Shown: positions 25,201-40,200 of the stretch, in pieces | How the letters are laid out: each line of letters starts with the position of its first letter | Numbering within the stretch: position 1 is the stretch's first letter | NCBI GenBank assembly: GCA_034780895.1 | Contig: JAUZTB010000065.1 | Coordinates: 26,115,150-26,179,149 of the forward strand | DNA length: 64,000 nt | From: Rhynchobatus australiae | Taxonomy: Eukaryota | Direction: 5' to 3' | Program-made: the position numbers and the translations under genes | Notes under the pieces: model-generated | Told to the model about the DNA's origin: nothing | Databases searched by the model: none | What the model saw: only the letters and a program-made list of their open reading frames with translations

Positions 25201-28200
25201 TGCTCAATGATTTCAAAATCCATGAAACTTTCATTACTTTTAAGACAATATTACAGCTGGTTGATTCATGGCGTCACATAGACACTTCCTGAAATGTTGT
25301 ACTTCCCAACATAGATGGTTAAATGAAAACCTACGAACGATATTAAATTTCCAAAGTTATATGAATAATAATATTTTTGCTTGCTTAGCTGATGTACATA
25401 ATTTAATTTCTAATCTGAGATAATATAGATCTGATACAGTTAAGTCTTTGTTTTGATGTGCAGATCTCATTGTATGAGAGTGTTTATATAGGGATCAATA
25501 AATGCCACAAGACTTGAACACAGTCCATAGTTCACTTGTAGCATACTTCTTAAATATCAGAAAGTTCTGGCTTTAACGCCTACTTCAAAGAATTGAGCAC
25601 ACCTCTAGGATAAGATTTTCAGTGTAGTACAAGACAGCTCAATCTTTCAGATGCAGCATGAAGAGGATGACAGGGTTTAAGAAATATGAAGTCCAAGTAA
25701 TCTTCCTGATTTACAAGTTAAAATTTTTCTTAGTCAACATAAAAAAAACAGACAATTTGGTCAGTTAATGTTACACCATTACTGTTGGTGGAACTTTGCT
25801 GTGCACAAATTATCTGTCATGTTTGCCAACAAATAATATTACAAAAAATATTTCAGAAACAACTGTTTTCATTAACAGCAAAGCTTAGACATTTCAAGCA
25901 CCTCAATTACTAATGAGAAGCTGACATTCAAGCTATAGAGGTGTTAGAACAAAATTTTTTTTGGGAATGTCTTAAATGAAAATCAAGGTCAGTCAGAAGN
26001 NNNNNNNNNNNNNNNNNNNNNNNNNNNNNNNNNNNNNNNNNNNNNNNNNNNNNNNNNNNNNNNNNNNNNNNNNNNNNNNNNNNNNNNNNNNNNNNNNNNN
26101 NNNNNNNNNNNNNNNNNNNNNNNNNNNNNNNNNNNNNNNNNNNNNNNNNNNNNNNNNNNNNNNNNNNNNNNNNNNNNNNNNNNNNNNNNNNNNNNNNNNN
26201 NNNNNNNNNNNNNNNNNNNNNNNNNNNNNNNNNNNNNNNNNNNNNNNNNNNNNNNNNNNNNNNNNNNNNNNNNNNNNNNNNNNNNNNNNNNNNNNNNNNN
26301 NNNNNNNNNNNNNNNNNNNNNNNNNNNNNNNNNNNNNNNNNNNNNNNNNNNNNNNNNNNNNNNNNNNNNNNNNNNNNNNNNNNNNNNNNNNNNNNNNNNN
26401 NNNNNNNNNNNNNNNNNNNNNNNNNNNNNNNNNNNNNNNNNNNNNNNNNNNNNNNNNNNNNNNNNNNNNNNNNNNNNNNNNNNNNNNNNNNNNNNNNNNN
26501 NNNNNNNNNNNNNNNNNNNNNNNNNNNNNNNNNNNNNNNNNNNNNNNNNNNNNNNNNNNNNNNNNNNNNNNNNNNNNNNNNNNNNNNNNNNNNNNNNNNN
26601 NNNNNNNNNNNNNNNNNNNNNNNNNGTGATGTTAAAAACACCTTTTTCTTCTTGCCTTGTTGATCATTTGATACTGCAGATAATTAGGGGTACTTTAAAG
26701 TTAACAGTATAATTTAATCAATACCCAAATGCACCTCAGCAGATTTGCAGAGTATGTAAAGATTGCATTGCTTGGGAAGTAGCATAGGGAAAAAAAACAT
26801 TTGTAGCAGTACAAATTTGGACCACATCAGTGTTAAAATGGATGGTTAAAAATGCCAGAGTTCATTATTTTAAAATGGTAGCAAGTAGCTTCAAAGTTTA
26901 ACTATTAACAAAATAAATTTTTTTACATATCACCTCAGCCCTAGCCACAAAGAGGTTACGTTGTTCACAAGACAACAGCAAGGGCCAATATTTCTTCCAC
27001 TGACAAAGTAATTAGGTATGCAGAGTGGAAGAAATAATTCATGAGTAACCAAATATAAAATGATAGACAAAGTCCAGACATGGATTATTCTACCTGAACA
27101 GAAAAGTTAAAGGATCATGGAAACATCAGAAAGGTTAGTTTAGAGATTGTTTGCATGAAGGATATTATGGAACTTTACCATGGCAGCTGAAATGTGAAGA
27201 CAACTGTCATTAAAGCAAAGTTGGCAGAAGAACAAAGGCTANNNNNNNNNNNNNNNNNNNNNNNNNNCAGAAGACATTTAGTTTGGGAGACAAGCACCAC
27301 AGAGGAATCAGTAAACTACTAATCAATAAGAAACAATTCCAAGTGAAAAACTGAGTTGGAAGAGTCAGTGTTGTCAGAAGGGAAAACTTCAAAAACTCAG
27401 ACACTACCCCAGTCATCTGGTATCTGGTCTGCTAAGAATATACTTGCAAAGATCATAAGCATGTTTTGCTAATTTTAATTTGCTAATTTTAATGCTGCAA
27501 ATCATTTGAAAATTTAATCGTGGTCACCAAATTTATGAGGAAAGAAATACAAAATCAAATCTAAAGAAGATTAGATTATGTATAAGGGTTACAAGAGCAG
27601 ATAAACCAGGACAGGACAGAGAAAGACAATAGAATGGTGATGGAGCAGGAAAGGGACAGGAAGCATATTCAGTGCCTCCTAGTGGAAAACAGACAGTATT
27701 TGCGTTGTGACTGAAAAGAATTGCATTGGCTTTCCCCCAACTATGGCAGACATACAGTTTCTCTAGCACTGCTTGTCAAACTGTGATGGACATTTACTTT
27801 CCAGACCACAGAAAGATTTATTGCTTACCTCAGCTTTTTAGCACAGCAGCATGACCTGTCCAAAGGTCAAGAAGTGGTTGTTCATTAAGCTAAACTCCCT
27901 TTTACAAAAACAGCAGAAATTGTCCAAGACGTCTGATGTTTGCTAATTAAACTTCTAACCAATATTCCCTACTTAACCTCTTATCCACGTTTACTTAATT
28001 AAACACTCCAGTCACCTGGTCTGAAAATGTGGTTGAAAAAACATCACATGCCAATTATATCGAGTGAAAACAGTATTAATGTTAGAAAGCAGCCAGGGTA
28101 GTGGGGAATGTCAAAGAGAAGGGGTTACAGAAAGAAGACCTGGAATTCATTCCGCAGCCTTTGATTTTTGCAATGGACGACTTGTCTGTCTGCAATTTGT

Positions 28201-31200
28201 TGGTATGACATTTTAGTATGCAAGAGTTGTACTTGTGTTTGGAAATCCTTTAAGTTACAAGTCATTGTTAAGAATTACTTAATAGAATTAAACAAGTCTC
28301 ACCTAAAAATAAACTGCGTTCAAACTGCTTCATGAGCTGGACACATCTTCTCCTTGGTTGGGAGGAGGGACCCACTGCTTGAAATAGTGATTATCAACAG
28401 CTAGACCTTTCTGTAGATGCTAAAGTAGTGAAGCAACTAGTCCTTGAAGTGTAGGTTGATACAGTATAATCTCCCTATAGTGAGTGTACTCGTAGACACT
28501 TATGCCAAATAGAACAAAGTCTTGACTCAAGTTTAGAGCTCTCAGACAGTGCACTCAACATCATCACAAAGCAAGCATGAAACTATCAAGAGTCAGTAGA
28601 GAGACTGAGATGCGGCAGTGAATTAAGTCACTATACATGTGATATCTGACCTAATGTTAGAGGGGCAGCATGCAGATGCAAAGTGGCTCACAATATTCTG
28701 CAGGTCATGAAGTTCGGAAAGATGTTAAATAAAAACAGGGATTTTTTTTCTTAAAGTTGAGCTTAAACTTCCCTTTACCAATTTAGATCAAGGTCTGAGG
28801 GCAACGTTGAGGTGACATTCTGATTAGTGCTTGCAGTGTTAGAAGTTTCACTGTTACAAATAGGATAAAAACCCAATGTTTCTGCAGGGGCATGTTGATT
28901 CACGTCTAAGACACTGGATGGTGGTGCAGGAAAAATCAGGGACTAAAAACTGAACCTGAAATGATGCATTAAATGGCAATGTAGTGGGCCAATGCATGAT
29001 TTTGCATAGTTCCCTGGTAGCAACATTCTATTGTATGCACAAATGAAGGCACCATACACAAAAATCAGTCTCACATCCAAGCATGCAAAATATTTTCAGA
29101 TTACAGGTCATGGAGGAGAATGAAGTCTGGAGCTACTGTTGGATCGGTTACTGTCGCATCNNNNNNNNNNNNNNNNNNNNNNNNNNNNNNNNNNNNNNNN
29201 NNNNNNNNNNNNNNNNNNNNNNNNNNNNNNNNNNNNNNNNNNNNNNNNNNNNNNNNNNNNATAAGAGATGCTCTTTAGCTAACAATAGTCCAATCAGGAA
29301 ACCTATTAGATGCTTATGGCCAAACCGACCAATGAAATACCCACATATTCACCTGATGGACCAACCAATAAGCTAGTAAGCAGCTATTCCTTGTGCAGCC
29401 ACTTGAGATGTCTTAAACACTATACATGTTAAAAAAACTAATTAAAAACAGTCAAATCCAACACTACATTTGAGTGTTTGGTTTCAAACAAAATTGCAAC
29501 TTTGAGGATTATTTTGGGATGTGAGACAGAGGCTGTCCTGGTAGTAGGAGAGGGGTCACAGCAGCATGGCAGCACAGCAGAAGGACCCAAAGAATATGCA
29601 GGTGATTGAGAGCGGTTGCAAGTTAAAATCTTAAAAGGGCCTATCTGCAGTTCAAACTAGATGTCTAATTTCATGGCACATCCTCCAATTTACATCTTCA
29701 AAACCTGCTTCTTCATAATCATTTGCTTAAAATACATTTTTGGTGGATATGGTGTACTTAAGCTGAAGGTAAGCATCACTGAAAACCACTGAGCACGTCT
29801 GCTCACCTTTGAGCTTCAGTGAACCATATCCACCAAATTTCTAGAAGCAATTAGCATCCAATGAGAACATAAACATTTGATATTTAGCGATCAGAGGTTT
29901 GACAAATTTCTCTCATGTGGACCACAAAACCTTGGGCAACATGATAGTACTTAAGCATATTACTTTTCAGAGAATCAGGTCATAATGAAAATAGGAAAGA
30001 TGCTAAATAAAAGAAGTTTTTCTTCTTAAAGCTGATTTTAAAAAGCCATCAACCCAAACACTTGTATTAATTTGACATTGTTAATATCACAGAACACTAG
30101 GCACAACAAATAATTAAACAAAGTCTGAGATCAAGCCATAAAAGGACATAGTGCAGTCTGGCTAAAAGATTGGATGAGGTGGCTGTATTTAAAGATCACC
30201 TCAGTAGAGGAAAGATGTAAAGGAGGAGATGTAGGACAAGAATTTCCAGAACTTAAGATCAAGTCCTACAACCTTCCATGATAGCCTTTTTCCAAGAGGC
30301 TATAATTGGAGTGAAGTATTTTAGAAGGTTATAAAGAACAAGGGGATTATCAATATTGGTCAGCCTGAGGCCAAAAAAGGATTCAAAAAGGAAATGAGAA
30401 TTTTAAAATCAAGGATTGCTTAATCAAGAGCCAATATAATTCAGCAATCACCTGTGCAATGAGTGAATGCCATCAAAGACCCTGACAAACTTCTACAGAT
30501 GTACAGTGGAAAGCATTGAGTGGTTGCATCATAGCCTGGTATGGAAACTTGAATGCACAGGAACACAAGAGGCTACAGCGAGTGGTGGACTCAGCCAGTT
30601 CCATCATGGGTACACCTCTCCCTACCATCAACAACATCTACAAGACGTGACATCTCGGGAAGAGGACATCCACCAGTGATCCCCACTGTCCAGACCATAT
30701 CCTCTTCTTGATGCTGCCATCAGGCAGAAGGTACAGGAGCCTGAAGGGACCCACACCCATCAGGTTCTTGAACCGACCTGAAAAATTCTAACACTACCTT
30801 GAACTATATTTCTTTCTCTCCTTCAACTTGCACTAGTGTCATTATGTTTTTAGTTGTTTATTTTTGCTCACTTATGTATAATTTATGTTAATTTAATGTA
30901 TGTCAACTTATGTCATGTTTGTCATGTACTATGCCGCTGCAAAAAACTAACTTTCATGGCATTTATACCCAACTTATGCCTATAACAATAAGCATGAACT
31001 TGACACAGCAGAGTTTTGGACACTGCTGATTTTATGGACAGTAGAAAGAGGAAGGCCTGAAAGGAGTGCACTGGATCAGTTTGAAGTAAAATCATGATTG
31101 AATATTTCAAATGCAAATGGGCTGAAGTGGGAATCTACCCAAGATGCAGAGGTGAATTCTTGAGGGATAAAAGGAAGGGAGAGGGAAATGATACTGAAGG

Positions 31201-34200
31201 GCTTTTTAGAACAGCTGGGAGAACTGAGGTGGTGAACAGCCATTAATAGGGGAATTAGCAGACAGCACCATGAAGGAGATAGAACACCCATCAACAGGGA
31301 AATTAGGAGACAGCACCATTAAATACAAGGGTCAGGATGAAGAGGAAAAATGAGTACAGGAGAGAGGCAAAAAAAGGGGAAACAGCACAAAGTCCAGTTG
31401 CAGATAAATATTGTGGGATGATGACGACATTCTTTATGCTTCTTAGACATCACTGGCAAACCACAGGAACATTAGCAACTCTGAGCACGAGTAATCCATT
31501 TGGCCCTTTCACCTGCTCAGCCATTTAATAAGTTCATGACTGATAGTTTAACTTGCTGCCACTTTCCTGTACTAAACTATATCCTTTGATCACCTGATTA
31601 TCCAAAAGTGTACTAGTTTCTCTCTTGAATGAACTTAATGAATGAGCTTCCAAGATCCTCACAGGGTCTATAATCCCTCCATTCCCTGCCTGTTTATATG
31701 TCTAAATGTCTCTTAAACATTGCTATTCTCACCAATCAACCTAGTGGATCTTAGTTGCACTTGCTTGAACACAAATACACCCTTTCTTAGAATAATATGG
31801 GTGGGGTGGGGGGGTGGTGGGGGGAGGAAAAGGAAAGAAAGAAAACCTGATCCAGACACAATAGTCCAAATGTAGTCTTACACAGCCATTCTTAATTGCA
31901 GAAAGATACCTTGACTTATTTTACTCAAATCCTCTTGCAACAAAGGCTAATATATCATTTGTCTCCCTAAGCAATGCACACAAAATGCTGGAAGAACTCG
32001 GCAGGTCAGGCAGTATCTATTGGAGAGAAATGAACAGTCAACATTTCGGACCAAGACCCTTCATCAGGAGTGGAAAGGATGAGGGCAGAAGCCAGAATAA
32101 AAGGCTAGGAGGGGGGAGGAGCACGAGCTGGCAGGTGATAGGCAAGTCCAGGTGAGGGGGGAATGATGTGAGAAGCTGGGAGGTGATAGGTGGAAAAGGA
32201 AAAGGGCTGAAGGAGGAGGAATCTGATAAGAGGACAGTGGACCATGGAATAAAGGGAAGGTTGTGGGGAACCAGAGGGAGATGATGTGTAGGTTGTGAGG
32301 GCAGGGGAGGGGAAAGAGAAGGGGTGAAGGCACCACAAGAATGAGGGAAAACAAAAGCAGCCAGGGGAAGGAAAACAGAGGGGAGTGGTTACAAGGAATC
32401 AATGTTGATGCCGTCAGGTTGAAGACTACAAAGACAAAATGAGGTGTTGCTCCTCCATCCTGCGTCTGGCCTCAATGTGGCAGTAGAGGCGGCTAGGGAC
32501 AGACATGTCAGTGAGGGAATGGGAAGTGGAATTAAAATGGCTGGCCACTGGGAGATCCTGGCTGTTGCAGCCGATGGAGCAAAGGTGCAAGATGAAGCTG
32601 TCCCCCAATCTGCATTTGGTCTCACTGATCAGTTTCCTAAATTGCTCTTTGTATCTGCACTTGCTTTCATCGTTTCATGTAGAAAGACAACCAAGTCCCT
32701 CAAAATTAACATCTTTCAATCTCACCATTTAAAAAGACACTGCTTTTCCATTATTCTTCTATGATTTCAGATTTTATCCCCTTTACCACATCCTTGCCTG
32801 TTCACTCAGCCTGACCAAGTTTCCTTAAGCCGCTTCCTCAACTCGCAATGCCACCCAGCTTTGTTTCACCAAAAAACATGAATAAATTACACCTGGCATA
32901 GCACAAATACTTTCCAGTTTGTGCTCAGGATCAATTTGTGTATCATATTTGCTTTAGAGAGAAAGGCCAGCTCAATCCAGGAATATCTTTTTGCCAAAGC
33001 CCTTAAATGGAGACATGGGTTGAACAAATGACATTTGGCATATTTAACAGAACCACTATGCCATGTTTTACAAAGAAAGACATTTTAAATGAGTAAGATC
33101 ATGGCAGAGCTGACAGGTTTTTAAATTGAACCCGATGTGCAAGTAATTGAGCAAAACAGCAGCATGAGTAGACAAGCAAAAGAACATGACCTTTATAGAA
33201 ATGGTCAACTAAAATGGGAATAAAAAATGGCATATTTAGCAATCTTATGTTTCCTAGGAGGTCTTTCCATATATACCAATACAAAGTGATTGATAACATA
33301 CCTTTAATTATGTACACAATACATTGATGGCTTAATTAAAAGGTAAACACTTTTCCAATACATTGAAGTACTGGCCTTCAATTTTTATGNNNNNNNNNNN
33401 NNNNNNNNNNNNNNNNNNNNNNNNNNNNNNNNNNNNNNNNNNNNNNNNNNNNNNNNNNNNNNNNNNNNNNNNNNNNNNNNNNNNNNNNNATTTTGATGGG
33501 AAAAACAGGCCAAATTGTAGAATGCAAAAATCAAAACAGAGGTAATAATCTAGCCATTTCATAATAAAAACATCAATGGGCCACAACTCTCTTTCATCTC
33601 TGTGTGTTCCACTTCGAAGCTATTTTCCAGAATTACTAGATTTCCAGATTGGCATATGTGCATTTGATATTTCCACTTCGTTTTAATCACAGTCCACCAT
33701 TGTGGTTTTGGCTTTGCAATGAGTTTCCCCTTCTAAGAAGGATGAACAAGACTTGCACAATATTCAATTTTATTTTCTAGTTTCATTGCATCTTATTGCT
33801 AAGATTCTATACAATTAACTCTTAAAATTAACTGTTTTAATATACAGAATGAGTAAGTGGATTATGAAATACCAGGTCTAACATAGTATGCACCTTTTTT
33901 TAAATTTACGTCATGCTACCGATTACTTTTAGGGAACATATTAAAAAGGAGTGGACCAGAAAGCCTTTGCTGCCACTCAGATCACTGCCAATCTGGACCT
34001 CAACTGTATTATTGCCTTGATCTATACAGTAATTATCTTGCCTAACAAAAGTGTTTTATTCTATAAGTGAGAACACTGCTAGCTTGAGAAAGGAGTTCCA
34101 GATTTTCAACATTCCATGTTTCTTTTTGAAAAGGCTTCCTAAACTTATTGCTAAATAATTTCAAAGAAAGTTCATTACTTCTACTCTACTAGATCCTTTA

Positions 34201-37200
34201 ATTGTTTTAAACACCTTATATGAATCAGCCAATATAAACTCAGGAGGAATAATAGTATATACAATTTACCCATGTAATTTAAATTTGTAATCCCTATTAT
34301 GCTGATGACTACTCATGTAAACTTTTTCCTTTTTTGTTATCATTGGTCTCTTGACTTAACTGCTAGAATTTTTAAATCTCTGATCATCACATTACCAACT
34401 ATTGAAACTTCAATAAAAGTTTCCAAATCATGTCTGAAAACAGATTACAGCATTTACCAATGTATTTGTTGCTAAATTTCAAATCATTGTTACATATTTT
34501 GCTTTCTCACTTTGGTTCTTTACCACTTTCTTTACAAGTACTGGCAAGTGGGAATGTTCAAGATCTTGTATAACACCCCACTTTTTACTGAGCCATGCTT
34601 CTGTAATGCTTGAGTCAGGACTTTCAACAAATGAAAGAAGTTTGATGACAAAAAAGTTCAAGCATTTTATTCTACATTACAATCTAACGAAGTACAGACA
34701 GCAGTTAATACCATTTAACAAATTAAGAACATTTTGGGTTTAACTAAAAGATTTCTTTGGATGAAAACTTGGAAAATAATATTTCCCAATATTCTAAAGA
34801 CAAAATTCCCAATGTTATTCAGTTTTCTCCTTTTTGATAATTAGATGGTCAATTTAGAAAGCTACATGTTGGAATAAGTTGAATTCTCAGACAGCAAAAA
34901 TAGCTATTAGTTGTGTCAACTTGGGAATGTAGAATTGTAATTAGAATGCAAGCACAATTTTAGTGATGTTTACTCTTTAACAGCAACAAGATAGTGCATT
35001 TTATAGCCAATATTGGAATCCATCAAGCATTTAAATCTCTGATCATCACATTACCAACTACTGTAACTTCATTCCCTTGATGAATCAAAGGTTTATAAGT
35101 TTACAGCTTAAGGATTTAATTTCAAATATTCATGATACTCCCGTTCATACTCATTTTGCTTTTATTTGATAATGCCTCTATGAATTACTGGCATAACAGG
35201 AGTCATGGAAATGAAAAAAGGCTGACTTCAGAATTTGCTAATTTCTAAACTTTATCTGGTTGATAGAAATACCATTCTAAATGTTGACTACTTTTGACAT
35301 CACAGTTGAACGCTGAAATTTACATTTAATTTAACCAAAGTGATTGTGCAATTCTCAACAACCATACTTTATAAATATAATGCCCAGAAGTCAAATCTAA
35401 CCCGTCTCTAAAATCAGTTTTAACATTGTGAAATTAATTCAGTATTTNNNNNNNNNNNNNNNNNNNNNNNNNNNNNNNNNNNNNNNNNNNNNNNNNNNNN
35501 NNNNNNNNNNNNNNNNNNNNNNNNNNNNNNNNNGAAGGAACCTTTTCACTTGTACAGGGAAGATTTCAGAAGAAAATTTTCCCTGCATGGTTAAGTTGCC
35601 ATGATATACTTAATTTTTTTAAATCTGCATCTATGCCATAATGACAACTTTAAATTAATGTACATTAGAATTTTCTAATAACTGAATCAAAAGACTAGAC
35701 TCAAACAGTAAGAACAGAACAATTGGAGAATTCAACTGGAATTATTATTTATCTGAACAAGAACAACTTCAACCCTTTATTAGTCAGGAATGGTCAGAAC
35801 TTTATCAACAAAGTAATTAAATTGGTAAAGTAACTTAATCTGACCAATGGTATGAATAACTTATGCTCATTTTTTTTAAGCAACAAGAACAAACACCAAA
35901 ATAAACCTGAATTTGTGGATGTCAATACTTGAGCAGGATCGATTTTAAACTCTGTTACTAAATATTGAAGTTTTACAACTGCACTGACCTGTGTTGATCT
36001 CCTCGTCTGCCTGGCCTGCCTGGATCGAGCCTTTCTTTGCGATTCTGCTTCTTCATCTCGGACGGGGGTGAGATAGGACCTGAAATATGTCAGCACAGAG
36101 ATAAGTTTTTTTGGAAATGAACTTCACCAGGCAAGTGATTTTGAGGTCAGCATAGATGACTATTTTTTAGGCTTAACTCATGAAATAACTACGGCTATTC
36201 AAAGCGAATTAACATCAGATGCTTTTGAATCTTAGCAGGTGCTTGAAGTGGTAACTATACATTTTCCATGTTAACTTGAGTTTTTACAAAAATAAGACAA
36301 ATTAACAATGTCTACAGAACAATTCACATTTCTGCCACTAACTATGGTCATTCATTTATCCTCCCTTAAGAGTACCTTTGCAGCATCATAAAGAACCAGC
36401 AAATAGGCCCTGCATTCCAGACATTTTCACTCATTTCCATATATTTCTCGTGTAATTTCATAGCTTTATTATCGAAAGACTAAAAAATAAAATGTAAAAC
36501 TGAAATGAAACAGGCCACGTTTGTCAAGTGTCTCCTCATCTATACATCAGCCTACAGTTCAAAAATTAATATAAAAGATACCTCTTAACATATGGTTGCA
36601 TTTTGCTTTCAAAGTCAGCTCAAAAAAAAAGTTAGAATTATGGAAAGGATCACACCAAGTGTCCTGGCCAACATTCTTCCCTCAATCTACTTCACAATAG
36701 GCTGCAATCACTCAACATGGTGTCAACAGTGGGCAAACTCTTGCATTGTTAGATAGCTCAGAGCTTGCAAATGAAAACTGCATAAACAATACTGTTCTGC
36801 AGGAAGTGATATCACTGACAACTTGTGTCATTCCTATTTAACCTGAAAAACATTCCCTGTTAAAGCCAGCATATCACTGCATTTTCCATAAACTGTTTCA
36901 AGCAGCTTAGCACATTGCTGCAGATGTATTAAGCTGGACACATTTTCTATTTTTGACTCTTCAAAAGCACACCATCAATATTTTTAACAATTTAACTCAA
37001 AAAGCAAACATGGTGGATAAGCTTAAATGGAACACAAAATCTGTTCATTTAAAAGACTTCTCTTAAACTTCAAAATTACTTTGAAGTAATAATTTGAAGT
37101 AGGACTTTCCTTCACAAATCTAACATGATAGAATCTGAGAATCAAAGCCAGAGGTCAGTGAGGTTAAATCTCCAAGAGCAAGTGCAGAGCAAGGAAAAAG

Positions 37201-40200
37201 GTANNNNNNNNNNNNNNNNNNNNNNNNNNNNNNNNNNNNNNNNNNNNNNNNNNNNNNNNNNNNNNNNNNNNNNNNNNNNNNNNNNNNNNNNNNNNNNNNN
37301 NNNACATTTTTGATATACTTCCAAAAGAAATCAAACCAGTATTACGTCTTTTCGCAAAACCAAAGCAAGCACAGAAATTAACCCTGAAATCCTCATTTAC
37401 TAGTGTGAAAAACCTATTCAGATTTGTGACTAAAATATTTTGGCATTGAAGTGTCCGCTCCATAGGCATACCAGGATAATTATATCAAGTGCACATTCCT
37501 TTAGTTCTGCTCCCTGCAGTCACAGGCTGTTGCTGCTGAAAGCTTTCTCAGTTGATCAAGCTGACACTAGCCGTATCTGAATAAGATTAGTGTAGGGGCA
37601 TCAGCAAAGCCTTTTATAGCAGTGATACTTGACTGTGCACTTACGTCAATAACTGAAACAAATGACATTCTGGTCTTTGCTAGTATCCAGTCTTCATACA
37701 GACAAGCAGATGAAAGAACATCAGTATCCAAAGGAAGGATAAGTTTGAGTATGAATTTACCATAAACTTTTATCAATGCAATCTGCAGCTCACTTTTCAA
37801 GTAACCATTTCAAAGACCAAAGACCAGTTACGACATCACACCAAAAATATTTGTGGGCATTTAAAACAAAATAGCTGTACCTAAAAAATAATTCATATCA
37901 AAAGCAAAAAAAAACATACTGCACACATTTTCCTTAATGCTGTCTCACATGGTTTTTCATTCAAAGTGAAGCACTTGGCACAGTTATATCATAATGGAAC
38001 CCCAATAGTCAACCGAATCTGTGAAACGTATTATACATCTGAGATCCCATGGGTTAATTCTAATAAGCACAGTATAAAAAAAAACTAAGTTATAGAAATG
38101 TGGTACTTGTTTATTCCCAGTCTTAATGGATTGCTATATTTTCTGTCTGTATTTATTGAAAATATTCTTTTAAAATTTTGGAAAACAACACTGATTAGTT
38201 GACTTTTCAAATGTACGTGAAAGATCCATATTACATTTAATTCAATAGATTAGTTTCCTCCTGTAATTTGCTGGAAGAATTGCATATATTCTCACCGTAA
38301 TGGTTAACTTCATACCCACCTGTAAACTTTCAATTTCAGGGAAGTGCATTATGCAACCTCAATTGCAGAATAGCTTTAAGAAATATCCTACAAGGATATG
38401 AAAACCATTAAAAAGACAAATAAAAATACTTATGATTCCCCAGTTAACTGAAGCTGTAAACATCAATGTGGAATATCCCAAGGACCTTACTAAGTGCTCT
38501 GGCCAACATTCATTCTTTCCCTCAACCTACAACACAAATTGCAGAATATCTGGCCACTCATTCATTTTTGTCTTGCCACCTTGTACATAAATTGATTAAT
38601 AGATACCTATGTGGATGCCAGAGGCTTGGGAGCCCTCAATAAACACGTTTATCTCGTGTATGCGCTATCCTATGAATACCCTATGAATTTATCCTAGACA
38701 GGATAAATTCAGTCTGGAAGCTATCATCCTCAGCCCATGTTAAACATTGAAATAATAGAAGACATTGCTGAGAGTGCTAACAGGTAGCACTTACTCATTC
38801 ACCAATACCCTCTCTACTGATGAACAGTTTCCATTGAAGCTCATTGTCAAATGAATTGAATTCTGGAGATGAACCAAGAATAGTGGCCCTTGATATCAAA
38901 ATAACATTTGACCAAATACAGAATCAAGAATGCCGAATAAAATTGTACTCAATGGGAATCAAGGGTTAAACTCTTCACTGGCTGAAGATACATCCACCAA
39001 AGGAAGATAAATGGCTACTGGACCTCCACAAGGACAAACATCTTCAATAACATTTCCTCAACCATCAACTTCCTCTCCGGGTCACTCTTACTTTGTAATA
39101 TATTGTCAGTCAATCAAATTCCTGATACAACCTATCCAAGAGTCCTGCAAGAGTACCAACATCATGCAGGTTGTACCAGTTTAAAGTGGTAGCTCACCAC
39201 CAGTTTCTCAATACCATTAAGATGAACAGAATGAATGAAATACTTGAGTTGCATTTATGTTGCATCTTTTACACCCCTTCCGGGATAGTATTTATCAAAC
39301 ATCAATATACCCATGTGCTTATTTTAATGTCCCACTTCATTTTTCAGAGTTTTCTTCCAAGGCCACCATGAAGAGATCACTTCAACAGCTTTGACCCACA
39401 TAATATAGGAAAAATGGCAATAAATTAAAACACAGCAAACTCCCCAATGCAGCAATGTGATAACAATTATATAATGCCCAGAAAGTGATTTTTTGTATGG
39501 TAAATGTGAAAATTCCAAATCAGAAGTCATCAAGAAAATCACCAAGTCAGGGCAATCATGCATTTTAAGAGATATTAATACCCAACCTATGCATTTCACA
39601 CAATTCTGTCACACAAAACGGGCATCAGCACCTTTCATGAGTTGAACAATGGGAAATGGGTCAATACTGCTGAAGTGATCTCTTCACGGTAGCCTCTGAA
39701 GAAAACTCTGAAAGATAAAGTGGAGCATTGAAGCCAGCACATGGGTATCCCAAGGGAGACACTACTGAGCTTGGAATAAACACATTATACTCCAGATGGT
39801 ACTTCACCCTTACAATTGCAGCAGATCAAAGGCACTGCAATAAGTGCTGCTGCTTCACAGAACCAGGAACCCAGATTAGATCCTGACCTTAAGTGCTGCT
39901 TGTGTAGAGTTTGTACCTTCTCTCTGTGATCTAATGGATTTCCTCTGGGTGTTCTGGTTTCCTCCTGAATCCTAAGGATGTGCTGATCGGCTAAGTAATC
40001 TGGTAATCAGCACATTAATCTTAATGTAGATNNNNNNNNNNNNNNNNNNNNNNNNNNNNNNNNNNNNNNNNNNNNNNNNNNNNNNNNNNNNNNNNNNNNN
40101 NNNNNNNNNNNNNNNNNNNNNNNNNNNNNNNGTGGCAATCGTTGGTGTGATAGTGGGCCAAAGGATCTGTTTCCCACTTTCACACCAACCGTTGCCAGCA

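Noticed and set aside
34371-35060. GTGATGA C-box-like motif (minus strand) in the 31-bp duplicate, suggesting tandem C/D snoRNAs
   Set aside because: There is no suitably placed CTGA D box or terminal stem, and the two copies share no similarity downstream of the short duplicated block.
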